A stretch of DNA of 62,700 nucleotides, counting the filler, from Nemertoderma westbladi (Eukaryota > Animalia > Xenacoelomorpha), in assembly GCA_032718475.1 (NCBI GenBank). It is 3 parts of 3 records of this genome, joined end to end, with 100 filler letters (N's around TTAATTAATTAA, not from the genome) between each part and the next. Parts side by side here need not be neighbours in the genome. Positions count along the whole stretch, not along the records: positions 1 to 27,423 come from JAUCBJ010001235.1; 2 more parts are not named here. One strand, written 5' to 3'. Under the pieces are notes generated by a model. It was given only the letters and a program-made list of their open reading frames with translations. It made no database searches and was not told the DNA's origin. Positions 1 through 10,355 of this stretch are shown in pieces. The position numbers and the translations under genes were made by a program. How positions within the stretch are numbered: position 1 is the stretch's first letter; the number at the start of each line of letters is the position of its first letter.

Positions 1-236
1 GTTAGTGTGGCACCCTCCCAGTCTTACCGTAACAGCCGAGAGAGATGAGCACGGATTTTCATTTCGGTACGAATGCTTTAAAGGGACTAGCCAGTAGCCA
101 GGGCGCATCTCGGCCTTGCATCCTTAAGTGGTAGCTAAATGAGTACTGGAGTTTCCTCTGGGGAGTAAAGTTCTGGGGGGACCGCACTGGAAATAAGTTG
201 TCAGACTTTGTGCGTAATCCTTAGCGAACTGACAAT
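1..236 (+). mobile_element. SINE-like fragments (3' piece of one family abutting the core/3' part of a second family)
   Basis: 1-46 matches the reverse complement of ~4352-4400 in the SINE at 4302-4627. 54-155 (cgaatgcttt..gcatctcggccttgcatccttaagtggtagctaaatgagtactggagtttc) matches 35080-35170 in the tRNA-headed SINE. Confidence 0.7.
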
Positions 237-250
237 GTTAGGGGGCGGGT

Positions 251-976
251 CAGTGGCGTATCCAAGGGGGGGGGGGGGGAGTGGGGGGGGGGGAGGGGGT
301 GGGGGGGGATTCAGGAATCGATCCCCCTCCACTTATTGACAAGAAAACCTGATCAAACTATACGAGTTTTTAAAAATTGAGCTACACTATAATAGAACTA
401 CGTATATCATTATTGCCAGCAATTTCCAATTTGCCTCAGCCTCGACCAATTGAAAACCAACTTCTAAGGGAGTAAAGGCTGTATAAGGCTGTTGAATAAA
501 AAACGAACAAAACAAAAAGGCTGTTGAACTTTTTAAACATGTTTTTGGCAGTCTCAAACTAGAGGCGATCAGCTAAATGAAATCCTTAAAAAATTAAGAA
601 TATTTTGTGTTTCGGTATTTATTTTTTCATTCACAACTATAGTCATGTGATATATTTCATCACAAATTGGACGTCACATACTGTACACACACGTACTGTA
701 CTGTATATGTATAGTATACCTCCCCCTCCTCATGGCACTGCCCACAGTTGTGACACAAACTTCTGACCCCTCTTCCCTTTATTGACCGTGAAGTAATTAT
801 AAACAGCCCCTCAATAAAAACTGTAGATTTACAATTTAAATTTAAACGTTAAAAAACTCAAAATTGTTCTCTTTTTATTAAATTATTTTTATTTCCAAAA
901 TTTTTTCTCGAATTTTACTCACTATTAATCATCCAAATCATCAAATCCTTTCCGGAATCCTGGCTACGCCGCTCTG
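251..976. mobile_element. Probable non-autonomous hAT-like MITE
   Basis: Left end CAGTGGCGTATCCAAGG; right end CCTGGCTACGCCGCTCTG is an imperfect inverted match. Flanks ggcgggt and ggtgggt resemble a decayed TSD. Confidence 0.45.
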
Positions 977-999
977 GTGGGTCAATATTTACAAATAGT

Positions 1000-1260
1000 T
1001 GTTGTCGATGTCGTTGTCATCGTTGCTTTTTTAACATGCCAATAACTTGGCATGTTAAATTGATTCTGACAGGTCTGATTTAAACCTGTCAATTTGAAAA
1101 TTGGTAGGCATCAAAAGGAACAAAAGTTGAGATATTTGAGAGACTTCCAGTACACCATCAGTTCAACAGTATCCCGCTATAGGTCTACATGTCTAAACAT
1201 GGGCAGGAGCGTTGGCTAATGATACATTACTCTCCCGTCGGAAATGGCCCTTTTTATTAC
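1000..1260 (+). repeat. Diverged copy of the repeat unit at 51091-51683 (Helentron/DINE-like non-autonomous element suspected)
   Basis: Shares aaagttgagat..gagagactt..acaccatcagt..cccgcta..catgtctaaacat with 51380-51465 and is preceded by a (GTC/GTT)n-like microsatellite. Confidence 0.5.
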
Positions 1261-1956
1261 TCAGCCCACACCCTGATAACCTTAATCCGGCTCTGACGTG
1301 CATCTACATGTAGCTTACTGTATTTAATTGCGAAGTGTCCGAAGTTTCACTATTACCAATTATTGTCAATAAAATATATATAGCCTACTTTAGAGGCTAT
1401 ACATAAATATACGGAAAAGACTTAACCGAATTTATTTGGTGATTAGAGGTTTAGGCCTACAACCTTCCCCCTTCCTGCCCTACTAACTATACAACATATA
1501 CAGTATACCCTCACCTCAGCCCTTAGCCAATCACAGCTAACTGAACTGACTTTCCTATCGGCATGCTCTTGCCCTAGGCATAGGTATGTTCCTAGTTAGA
1601 ACAGTACAGTACATATCACCTTCAGAACCGGTACATAAAGTAACAGCGCTACTTTCTTGTGTTGCATGTCATATTGTACTGTTGTACAGTCAGTCGAGTC
1701 AGACAGTCCACACTCATGTAAACCTGTACAGCTGTAGGCCTTGCCTTGGTTGCTCAGCCAAGACCTGAAGACTGAAGACATACAGTACCGGTACCGCTGT
1801 AGCCTACCGGTACTATTTTACTGCTATTGCCAATTGCGCTATTCAGCTATTGGCTGGCCTACCACGTGGGTCGGTGGGTCTGACGCTGACCGTGCTTCTG
1901 GTGTCTGGTGTGGCTGACATACTGATAGACAGAACTAGCTGACACATTGGTAAAAG

Positions 1957-2041
1957 ATGGGTGAAACAACATGCGGCTGTGCGGGAGCGGGCCTACTCAT
2001 TCTACTGCTGACTGCAGCAACTCTTGAAATTGAAATCGACG
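1957..2041 (+). CDS. Putative exon 1 of a novel 3-exon gene (MGETTCGCAGAGLLILLLTAATLEIEIDG)
   Basis: ATG at 1957, 28 codons plus 1 nt, donor G|GTTAGT at 2042. Phase 1 matches exon 2. Contains a hydrophobic signal-peptide-like stretch. Confidence 0.5.
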
Positions 2042-2802
2042 GTTAGTGCTGTAGATTGTACCTGTCACCTGTAACAGTTTCTGTATTTGTCAGTTTGTCA
2101 ATATAGCCTACCGTACAGTACCGGTCAGCCGGTACCTAATCCAGTACTGCAGTAGGCCTACCGGTCCGGTAGCGGTACCCCTAATCAACCAATACCGGTA
2201 AATAACTGCTGAACACTGTACACTGAACTGCAGAACTGGATAACACTGATGTTCCGCGGTCGCGGTTTTGAAGTAGGTAGGCCTACCGGCAGACCAGTAT
2301 GCGACCCGACTGCCAAATGCTAAAATGTCAGACTGTATAGTAATATAAATACCGGTCCGGTACCCGTACGGTACGGTAGGTAGGTACCGTTAGGCTGTTA
2401 GGCCTACGGTACTGAAGTAGGCAGACTGGCTGACAGGTCAGTGCCGGTATATTATATTATATTAGGCCTATATTATTTGGGTGGAGAGACCACTGTCACA
2501 GAAGCGTAGGCCTATAAATAAAAATTGCATGATTAAAACAAAACAAATAGGGGCCTACCTACTGCGCTACTAGTAGAATAGCCTAATTCTGCTAATTGAC
2601 AACTGGTCACTAGTAAATCGCACTTAACGTTTTATCAGTTTACCTATACTAGGCCCGCGCCCCACTTAAGGCGCCGGTACGGGTACCGGTATATATATAT
2701 ACATATTTAACCTTGTGTGACTGGTGTACTGGTAGGTACTGATTTTCAGATTGTGTAACTACCTAACATCCTAATGTAGGTACCGTTCCTCTCTTGCTCT
2801 AG

Positions 2803-3238
2803 GTCACCCTGAGGTCGCTTCGCGAGAAACGGTTCCGACTCGTAACATTATTCCACCCCCCCAAGAAACGATTGGATCAGTTCTAGGTCGCCAAGAAACG
2901 GGTGAAACAGTTCCAGGTCGCCAAGAAACGGATGAAACAGTTCCAGGTCGCCAAGAAACGGATGAAACAGTTCCAGGTCGCCAAGAAACGGATGAAACAG
3001 TTCCAGGTCGCCAAGAAACGGATGAATCAGTTTTACCTTTAAAATCCGTTCGGAAATCATCCCAACCAATTTCAGCAACGAAAATGCTCAGAAATGGCCA
3101 CAGTTACGGCGGAAAGGTTTCTTATCGTGATACGATTCCACCTCCTCAAGCAGCGATGGAAACAGTTTCATCTTCTCAACAAGCAATTGACACTTCGGAT
3201 TCGGATGTAGAAATAGAAGCATTTCAAATTCCAGACAG
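2803..3238 (+). CDS. Putative exon 2: acidic low-complexity region with 10-aa repeats QETDETVPGR
   Basis: Strong acceptor ttcctctcttgctctAG (2801-2802) with a CTAAC branch-like motif at ~2763. Stop-free for 436 nt in the frame set by exon 1. Donor CAG|GTTAGA at 3239. Confidence 0.65.
2862..3031 (+). repeat. 30-bp coding minisatellite, ~5.5 copies
   Basis: Unit CAAGAAACGGATGAAACAGTTCCAGGTCGC repeated in tandem. Confidence 0.95.
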
Positions 3239-4224
3239 GTTAGATCATATTATAGCATCGTAAGAGGGCGTTCATAAAGTGTATAGGAATTGGCACATCC
3301 GCAGTGCGTAAAGCTCCTAGGCTGCTTGTAAATATATCAATTAAGATTTTGTTAATTTGCACACTGTCACATGGGTTTCGTTAACTAAGGTCTATTTACA
3401 AATTTTAGATATATCTAGAAAAGGTATCCCTAAGGGTGTTGTCGATTTTTTATTAGGTATAACTCAATTTTGTAATAAAATAAGTGACAAAATAATAGTG
3501 GTATATATAGTTACGATTTCTCAAGCCCGAATCACACAAAAATGTATGCTTTTAGCCAATTTGAATATTCTTACCAAAAATATACGAAAATATTTCTGTC
3601 TATGATGTGGCAAGCGTTTCACAATCAGATCAAGCAGGCAGACATCTAGGCAAAGAGACAGACTTACCAGCCAGGGAAAGATGAGACGGCCAACCAAACA
3701 GCCAAACCAGACAGTCATCCATGTCAGGCAGGTAGACCTGCCAGAAGACAGTCTCCCAGTCAAACGGATAGCCAGACAGACGAAAGACAGTCTGTCAGCA
3801 TCAGTGTCAGCCAAACAGACAGCCATCCAGGCAGTCAGACCATCAAACCAGGCAAGCAAGCAGTCAGACAAACAGCCAACCAAACAGAAAGGACGGACAA
3901 GACAGATATATGGACTCCATGACGCTGTTATTTATAGTTGTGGAGCGGACCATATGGTGCTGTTATTTACAGGTGGGGGCCAATGTTAAATTTCAAGTAA
4001 GGGAAGGGAGCAGGTTACAGTATGAATGTCTCTCTGTCTGTGTGCTATGGCTGTCCATCTGGTCTGATTGTGTCTCTTTTTGGCTGTCTGTCTGGTCTGT
4101 ATGACTGTCTGTCCCTCCGTCTGTTTGGTAGTTTGTCTACGTGGTCTGGCTAGTGGTCTGTGACACATTATGGACAAGAAGTTAACAAGATATTCGTGTT
4201 TTGCGTTTACTAACGGGATACCTA

Positions 4225-4955
4225 TGGATAACAGCACCATATGGTTCACTGCACAACTATGAATAACAGCACCATATGGTTCACCACTATGAATAATAAA
4301 AGTGATCAGTGAACATGTGACACACGAAACACCGGAGGCGACCCGAAGGCTCCTCTCTCTCGGCTGTTACCTATAAGGTAGGGAGGGCGCCACACTAACT
4401 CCCAAGGGTGAACAATCCATAACTATCCACCCCTTGCTTTACTCCCCCAGCAGAAGCCAGGTTCCCATTGTACCGCTGGGTTTGCGTAAGCACTAATTTC
4501 TGAAGTGTCTTGTTTAGGGACACAACAGTGCCAAATTTATACAGCCTGTAGTCGGATTCGAACCCGCGCGCCAATCGCTAATGTTAAGGCAGTTCAGGCG
4601 CTGTATGCACTCGGACACTGGGACACTATGAATAATAGCACCATATGGTTCACAACTATGAATAACAGCACCATATGGTCCATAACTATGAGTAATAGCA
4701 CCATATGGTTCACAACTATGAATAACGGCACCATATGTTCACAACTATGAATAACGGCACCATATGGTCCATAACTATGAATAATAGCACCATATGGTTC
4801 ACAACTATGAATAATAGCACCATATGGTCCATAACTATGAATAATAGCACCATATGGTCCACTCCACAACTATAATAACAGCACCTTATGGTCCATAACT
4901 GTGAATGTTTAGTACCATATGGTCCATAACATTTAAATGCAGCACCATACAGTAT
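4225..4955. repeat. 30-bp tandem repeat interrupted by a SINE
   Basis: Unit AACTATGAATAATAGCACCATATGGTCCAT, with copies on both sides of the 4302-4627 insertion and an inverted copy at ~3925-3970. Confidence 0.9.
4302..4627 (-). mobile_element. tRNA-derived SINE
   Basis: The minus strand starts AGTGTCCCAGTGTCCGAGTG (A-box-like), then GGTTCGAATCC (B box), then a CORE-like TGTGTCCCTAAACAAGACACTT. A partial second copy lies at 1-46. Confidence 0.75.
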
Positions 4956-5591
4956 GGTCCACAAATACATATAAATAACAGGAGGCATATTCCATCTTTC
5001 TGTCAGGTCTGGCTGTCTGTCTGGCTGGTTTGTTGTCGGTTTGTTAAGCTGGCAAACCCGCAGACCGTCGCCTGTCAGAGTATCTGTTTGGCTGGCAGAC
5101 TGGCATCTGTTTGGCTGATAGGTCTATCTGCCTGTCGGCTCTGGATGGCTATCTCTCTATCTGTTTGATCTAACTGGCTGTCTGGTGTGTATGTCTATAT
5201 CAATGGCCTGGTCGGTTTGACTGTCAATCTGTCTGTCAGCAACGTTTGGCTATATTATATACCTGTCTCTCTGGTCAAGTTGGCTACCGTCTCGTCTGGC
5301 TGTCTGTCTGTTTTTGCCTGGTCTAGATCGTTGCCTGCAACAATATTGCCACATTATGGACAATGTGGACGGTACGGTAGAGAATTCGGTACAGTATGAG
5401 ATATCCGTCTTTTGCGTTTACTACCTGGACAACTGAGTAATAGCTGAGAATAGGGACAACAATTTGGAAGTTGTTGGTATTCGACATCCAGACAAACAGC
5501 AGAACATATATTATACTAGCCAATGGCTGGTAGCCATTAGTCAACCAGACCAGACAGGCAGTCCTGACTGACTGACAGTCATACCAGACAG

Positions 5592-6554
5592 TAGGGATGC
5601 AACAGAGCTCCAGCTCCGGATATCCGGAGCTCCGGCTCAATTTTCTAGCTCTGGTTCCGGCTCCGGGCCAATCCATCCGGAGCCAATCCGGAGCTTCTGT
5701 TGTTAAAATTTCAATTAAAATAATTAGTTTTTTAATTAGTATAAAAAACACAAGGGTCATAAACGCTGAATAGTGCCCTTTTCACACAATGGTGTCTGTA
5801 ATATGCAAATATTTGCAGTAAAGGTAACAGCAGTACGGTAAATATTCTTACGCTTAGCCTGCAATGGCTATCATCAAGTTTTTGATCCGAATATCCCCCA
5901 AAATCGGAAGTAAAAGAAGCACTTTTTCCCATAGGGAAATAAGTATCCCATAGGATTGAATTGAATTTAATTTTTTTCACGGAGAAAAAAGCAACATAAT
6001 GAAAATAAGAAAATGTGAAAATAATTTTGGTGGAATTTCTTAAATTTTATTACATGAATCAAAAGTGCATCGATGTAAAAAAAGTTAGCATGCAATTTCA
6101 GCAAAATCCGTGCGCACACTCAAAAGTTATTGTAACTTTCAGTGTTTGCAAGAAATGTTTGGTTAGAGCGCCAAAACGCTAAACATTACAATACTAAAGC
6201 TAAAAATTAAGCATTCAGAACGCCGATAAGTTGACATAATGTAACAAAATCACGTACACCATTGTGTTGAATGGACACTATTCATCGTTTATGACCCTTG
6301 TTGTCATTCAGAGTTAATAATTTGACGAAATAATTTGGGAAAGGGGAATAAAATACGCTCCTATTGCCCAATGCAATATGCCGACCTCTAAAACAACATT
6401 AATTTAAGCCCGAACATTCGTCTGTCTGTATGCTGTACATTGGAATTATCAATTCACCAAAGCTCCGGCTCTGGTTCCGGCCGGAGCTCACATTGTTACC
6501 CGGAGAAACCTCCGGGCTCCGGCTCCGGATGAAATTTTAGCTGTTGCATCCCTA
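5592..6554. mobile_element. Non-autonomous hAT element
   Basis: 14-bp TIR TAGGGATGCAACAG / CTGTTGCATCCCTA, perfect 8-bp TSD CCAGACAG (5584-5591, 6555-6562), GCTCCG subterminal repeats. Confidence 0.9.
5751..6300. mobile_element. TIR element nested in the hAT element
   Basis: ~25-bp inverted repeats CAAGGGTCATAAACG(C/A)TGAATAGTG. No clear TSD. Confidence 0.65.
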
Positions 6555-6642
6555 CCAGACAGGAAGCTAGATAAACAGTCAGACCTGACAGACACACAGC
6601 TAGACAACGTTAATATTTATAGAGATGTATTTTTATTTTCAG

Positions 6643-6871
6643 TTTGAGTCCGATCAATCGTCCTCAATTCAACCGCCGGCGACAGACACGTATAGAGTGG
6701 ACTCCCCGATCCAACCAAAGACTGGTTGATGTCTTCCGGGACGAGATTAAGGGGGCAAGGATGCCTAGAAACAGCTATAAGATAGCGAAAGTTCGGCAGC
6801 TTTTTCCAGGAAAGAGCGATAAGCAAATATATGCCCGGTTAAATACTATTAAATATTACCGGAAACGCTAA
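6643..6871 (+). CDS. Putative terminal exon 3: basic Myb/SANT-like helix-turn-helix domain
   Basis: Acceptor tatttttattttcAG (6641-6642); phase 2 joins exon 2 (AG+T=Ser). Sequence RRRQTRIEWTPRSNQRLVDVF...LFPGKSDKQIYARL resembles the Myb W-T..L...PGRT..Q..R pattern. AATAAA at 6886. Confidence 0.65.
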
Positions 6872-6914
6872 CTTTCTTTATTTGTAATAAAGAATTGTAA
6901 TTATGTAATTATTT

Positions 6915-8925
6915 CCGAATTTGTATTTTGTTTTATCCTAGATTTTTAAGCTTATAGTCAATCCGTTGTGTATAGTCTAAAAACGGCTTGGGATAATGAC
7001 CCAAATGTGAATTATTTAGTTATGAAATACTCATGAGATAATACCGAATTTGTATTTTGTTTTATCCTAGATTTTTAAGCTTAGATATAGTCAATCCGTT
7101 GTGTATAGTCTAAAAACGGCTTGGGATAATGACCCAAATGTGAATTATTTAGTTATGAAATACTCATGAGATAATACCGAATTTGTATTTTGTTTTATCC
7201 TAGATTTTTAAGCTTAGATATAGTCAATCCGTTGTGTATAGTCTAAAAACGGCTTGGGATAATGACCCAAATGTGAATTATTTACTTATGAAATACTCAT
7301 GAGATAATACCGAATTTGTATTTTGTTTTATCCTAGATTTTTAAGCTTAGATATAGTCAATCCGTTGTGTATAGTCTAAAAACGGCTTGGGATAATGACC
7401 CAAATGTGAATTATTTAGTTATGAAATACTCATGAGATAATACCGAATTTGTATTTTGTTTTATCCTAGATTTTTAAGCTTAGATATAGTCAATCCGTTG
7501 TGTATAGTCTAAAAACGGCTTGGGATAATGACCCAAATGTGAATTATTTAGTTATGAAATACTCATGAGATAATACCGAATTTGTATTTTGTTTTATCCT
7601 AGATTTTTAAGCTTAGATATAGTCAATCCGTTGTGTATAGTCTAAAAACGGCTTGGGATAATGACCCAAATGTGAATTATTTACTTATGAAATACTCATG
7701 AGATAATACCGAATTTGTATTTTGTTTTATCCTAGATTTTTAAGCTTAGATATAGTCAATCCGTTGTGTATAGTCTAAAAACGGCTTGGGATAATGACCC
7801 AAATGTGAATTATTTAGTTATGAAATACTCATGAGATAATACCGAATTTGTATTTTGTTTTATCCTAGATTTTTAAGCTTAGATATAGTCAATCCGTTGT
7901 GTATAGTCTAAAAACGGCTTGGGATAATGACCCAAATGTGAATTATTTAGTTATGAAATACTCATGAGATAATACCGAATTTGTATTTTGTTTTATCCTA
8001 GATTTTTAAGCTTAGATATAGTCAATCCGTTGTGTATAGTCTAAAAACGGCTTGGGATAATGACCCAAATGTGAATTATTTAGTTATGAAATACTCATGA
8101 GATAATACCGAATTTGTATTTTGTTTTATCCTAGATTTTTAAGCTTAGATATAGTCAATCCGTTGTGTATAGTCTAAAAACGGCTTGGGATAATGACCCA
8201 AATGTGAATTATTTAGTTATGAAATACTCATGAGATAATACCGAATTTGTATTTTGTTTTATCCTAGATTTTTAAGCTTAGATATAGTCAATCCGTTGTG
8301 TATAGTCTAAAAACGGCTTGGGATAATGACCCAAATGTGAATTATTTACTTATGAAATACTCATGAGATAATACCAAATTTGTATTTTGTTTTATCCTAG
8401 ATTTTTAAGCTTAGATATAGTCAATCCGTTGTGTATAGTCTAAAAACGGCTTGGGATAATGACCCAAATGTGAATTATTTACTTATGAAATACTCATGAG
8501 ATAATACCGAATTTGTATTTTGTTTTATCCTAGATTTTTAAGCTTAGATATAGTCAATCCGTTGTGTATAGTCTAAAAACGGCTTGGGATAATGACCCAA
8601 ATGTGAATTATTTAGTTATGAAATACTCATGAGATAATACCGAATTTGTATTTTGTTTTATCCTAGATTTTTAAGCTTAGATATAGTCAATCCGTTGTGT
8701 ATAGTCTAAAAACGGCTTGGGATAATGACCCAAATGTGAATTATTTACTTATGAAATACTCATGAGATAATACCAAATTTGTATTTTGTTTTATCCTAGA
8801 TTTTTAAGCTTAGATATAGTCAATCCGTTGTGTATAGTCTAAAAACGGCTTGGGATAATGACCCAAATGTGAATTATTTAGTTATGAAATACTCATGAGA
8901 TAATACCAAATTTGTATTTTGTTTT
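6915..8925. repeat. 133-bp satellite, 15 near-identical copies plus a partial copy
   Basis: Unit starts at 6915, 7044, 7177, 7310 ... 8906. The first copy lacks 4 bp. Confidence 0.97.
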
Positions 8926-9030
8926 AATAAATAGTTTTGCTGTGTTGTGTTGTTTTAATAAATAGTGTTTTAATTGTAGTTAAATAACAATTTTTATCAA
9001 CTCAACTGGGAAATGGTAATGGGTCTTGGC

Positions 9031-9728
9031 GGTCTTACCTTTGTACTTTTTACCATTACTTTTGCTTTTGTACCAGGGGGGTCTTACTTTTGTACCAGGG
9101 GGGGTCTTACTTTTGTACCAGGGGGGTCTTTCTTTTGTACCAGGGGGGGGTCTTACTTTTGTACCAGGGGGGTCTTACTTTTGTACCAGGGGGGTCTTTG
9201 TGTACCAGGGGGTCTTACTTTTGTACCAGGGGGGTCTTACTTTTGTACCAGGGGGTCTTACTTTTGTACCAGGGGGGGTCTTACTTTTGTACCAGGGGGG
9301 TCTTACTTTTGTACCAGTGAGGGTCTTACTTTTGTACCGGGGGGGGGTCTTACTTTTGTACCACGGGGGTCTTACTTTTGTACCAGGGGGGTCTTACTTT
9401 TGTACCAGGGGGGTCTTACTTTTGTACCAGGGGGGTCTTTGTGTACCAGGGGGGGTCTTACTTTTGTACCAGGGGGGTCTTACTTTTGTACCAGGGGGGT
9501 CTTACTTTTGTACCAGGGGAGTCTTACTTTTGTACCAGTGGGGGTCTTACTTTTGTACCAGGGGGGTCTTACTTTTGTACCAGTGGGGGTCTTACTTTTG
9601 TACCGGGGGGGGGGGGTCTTACTTTTGTACCACGGGGGGTCTTACTTTTGTACCAGGGGAGTCTTACTTTTGTACCAGGGGGGGTCGTACTTTTGTAGGG
9701 TCTTAGGTCTTTGTTTTGTACACACCCC
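9031..9728. repeat. ~22-bp tandem array (TCTTACTTTTGTACCAGGGGGG) ending in a transposon-terminus-like sequence
   Basis: About 30 copies with variable G-run length, ending ...GGTCTTAGGTCTTTGTTTTGTACACACCCC. Confidence 0.85.
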
Positions 9729-9969
9729 ATCCATCGCATCGATCACATCGCATTCTGGGGTAAATCTTTTCGCCCTACGCGTAGGCCTACGCGTAGCTAC
9801 GCGTAGTTTGTAACTTCCATTCCTGTCATTTACCGGTAGGGCCAGACTTACTGCCTTTTTAACAACTAAATAAATTGGAGATGAGCTGTTGCAACTGTAA
9901 TTAAAGGTGTAATATTATGGGTTTGTTCAGAAGTGGAAAAAATGGGAGCGCGTCACCGGGGGTTGAACC

Positions 9970-10015
9970 AGCGCTATGCGCACGTTTCGGCCTAACAGGC
10001 CTCATCAGTAGCGCT
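9970..10015 (-). ncRNA. Minimal type-I hammerhead ribozyme, copy 1 (non-canonical GCA triplet)
   Basis: Minus strand AGCGCTA-CTGATGA-GGCCT GTT AGGCC-GAAA-CGTGC-GCA-TAGCGCT: 7-bp stem I, 5-bp stem II, intact CUGAUGA and GAAA boxes. Confidence 0.75.
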
Positions 10016-10309
10016 AACCAGCTCAGCCACTAGCCTCTGACACTCGCAGTCCCACCTAATCCACTTCTATTGAACGGGCAGTCTTAAGTTGCAAATATTC
10101 TATCTCTAACAGCGGACCTAACGGCCTCAAGTATGCTAGAGTGAAACAGGAGGGAAGTACAAATAAATAAATATTCAGCTCGGTATTGCTGCCAGGTGAT
10201 ATTAATTAAATAAATTGGAGATGAGCTGTTGCAACTGTAATTAAAGGTGTAATATTATGGGTTTGTTCAGAAGTGGAACAAATGGGCGCGCGTTACCGGG
10301 GGTTGAACC

Positions 10310-10355
10310 ACCGCTATACGCACGTTTCGGCCTAACAGGCCTCATCAGTAGCGCT
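10310..10355 (-). ncRNA. Minimal type-I hammerhead ribozyme, copy 2 (canonical GUA triplet)
   Basis: Minus strand AGCGCTA-CTGATGA-GGCCT GTT AGGCC-GAAA-CGTGC-GTA-TAGCGGT. The stem III region ACGUGCGU is self-complementary with two G.U pairs. Confidence 0.85.

Noticed and set aside
2848-3078. Minus-strand ORF with LFHPFLGDLE repeats
   Set aside because: Antisense shadow of the plus-strand exon, which has the splice signals and phase match.
6915-8925. Possible CRISPR-like array (also 13219-15235 and 22553-23045)
   Set aside because: Units are contiguous and near-identical with no unique spacers; no cas genes; eukaryotic context.
9013-9813. Overlapping 76-266-aa ORFs
   Set aside because: Translations of a stop-free 22-bp tandem array, cycling the same three peptides.
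9937-10040. Genuine tRNA gene
   Set aside because: No anticodon arm, poor T-stem and acceptor pairing; only A/B-box-like motifs remain. The same applies to the SINE heads at ~4550-4627 and ~35000-35070.
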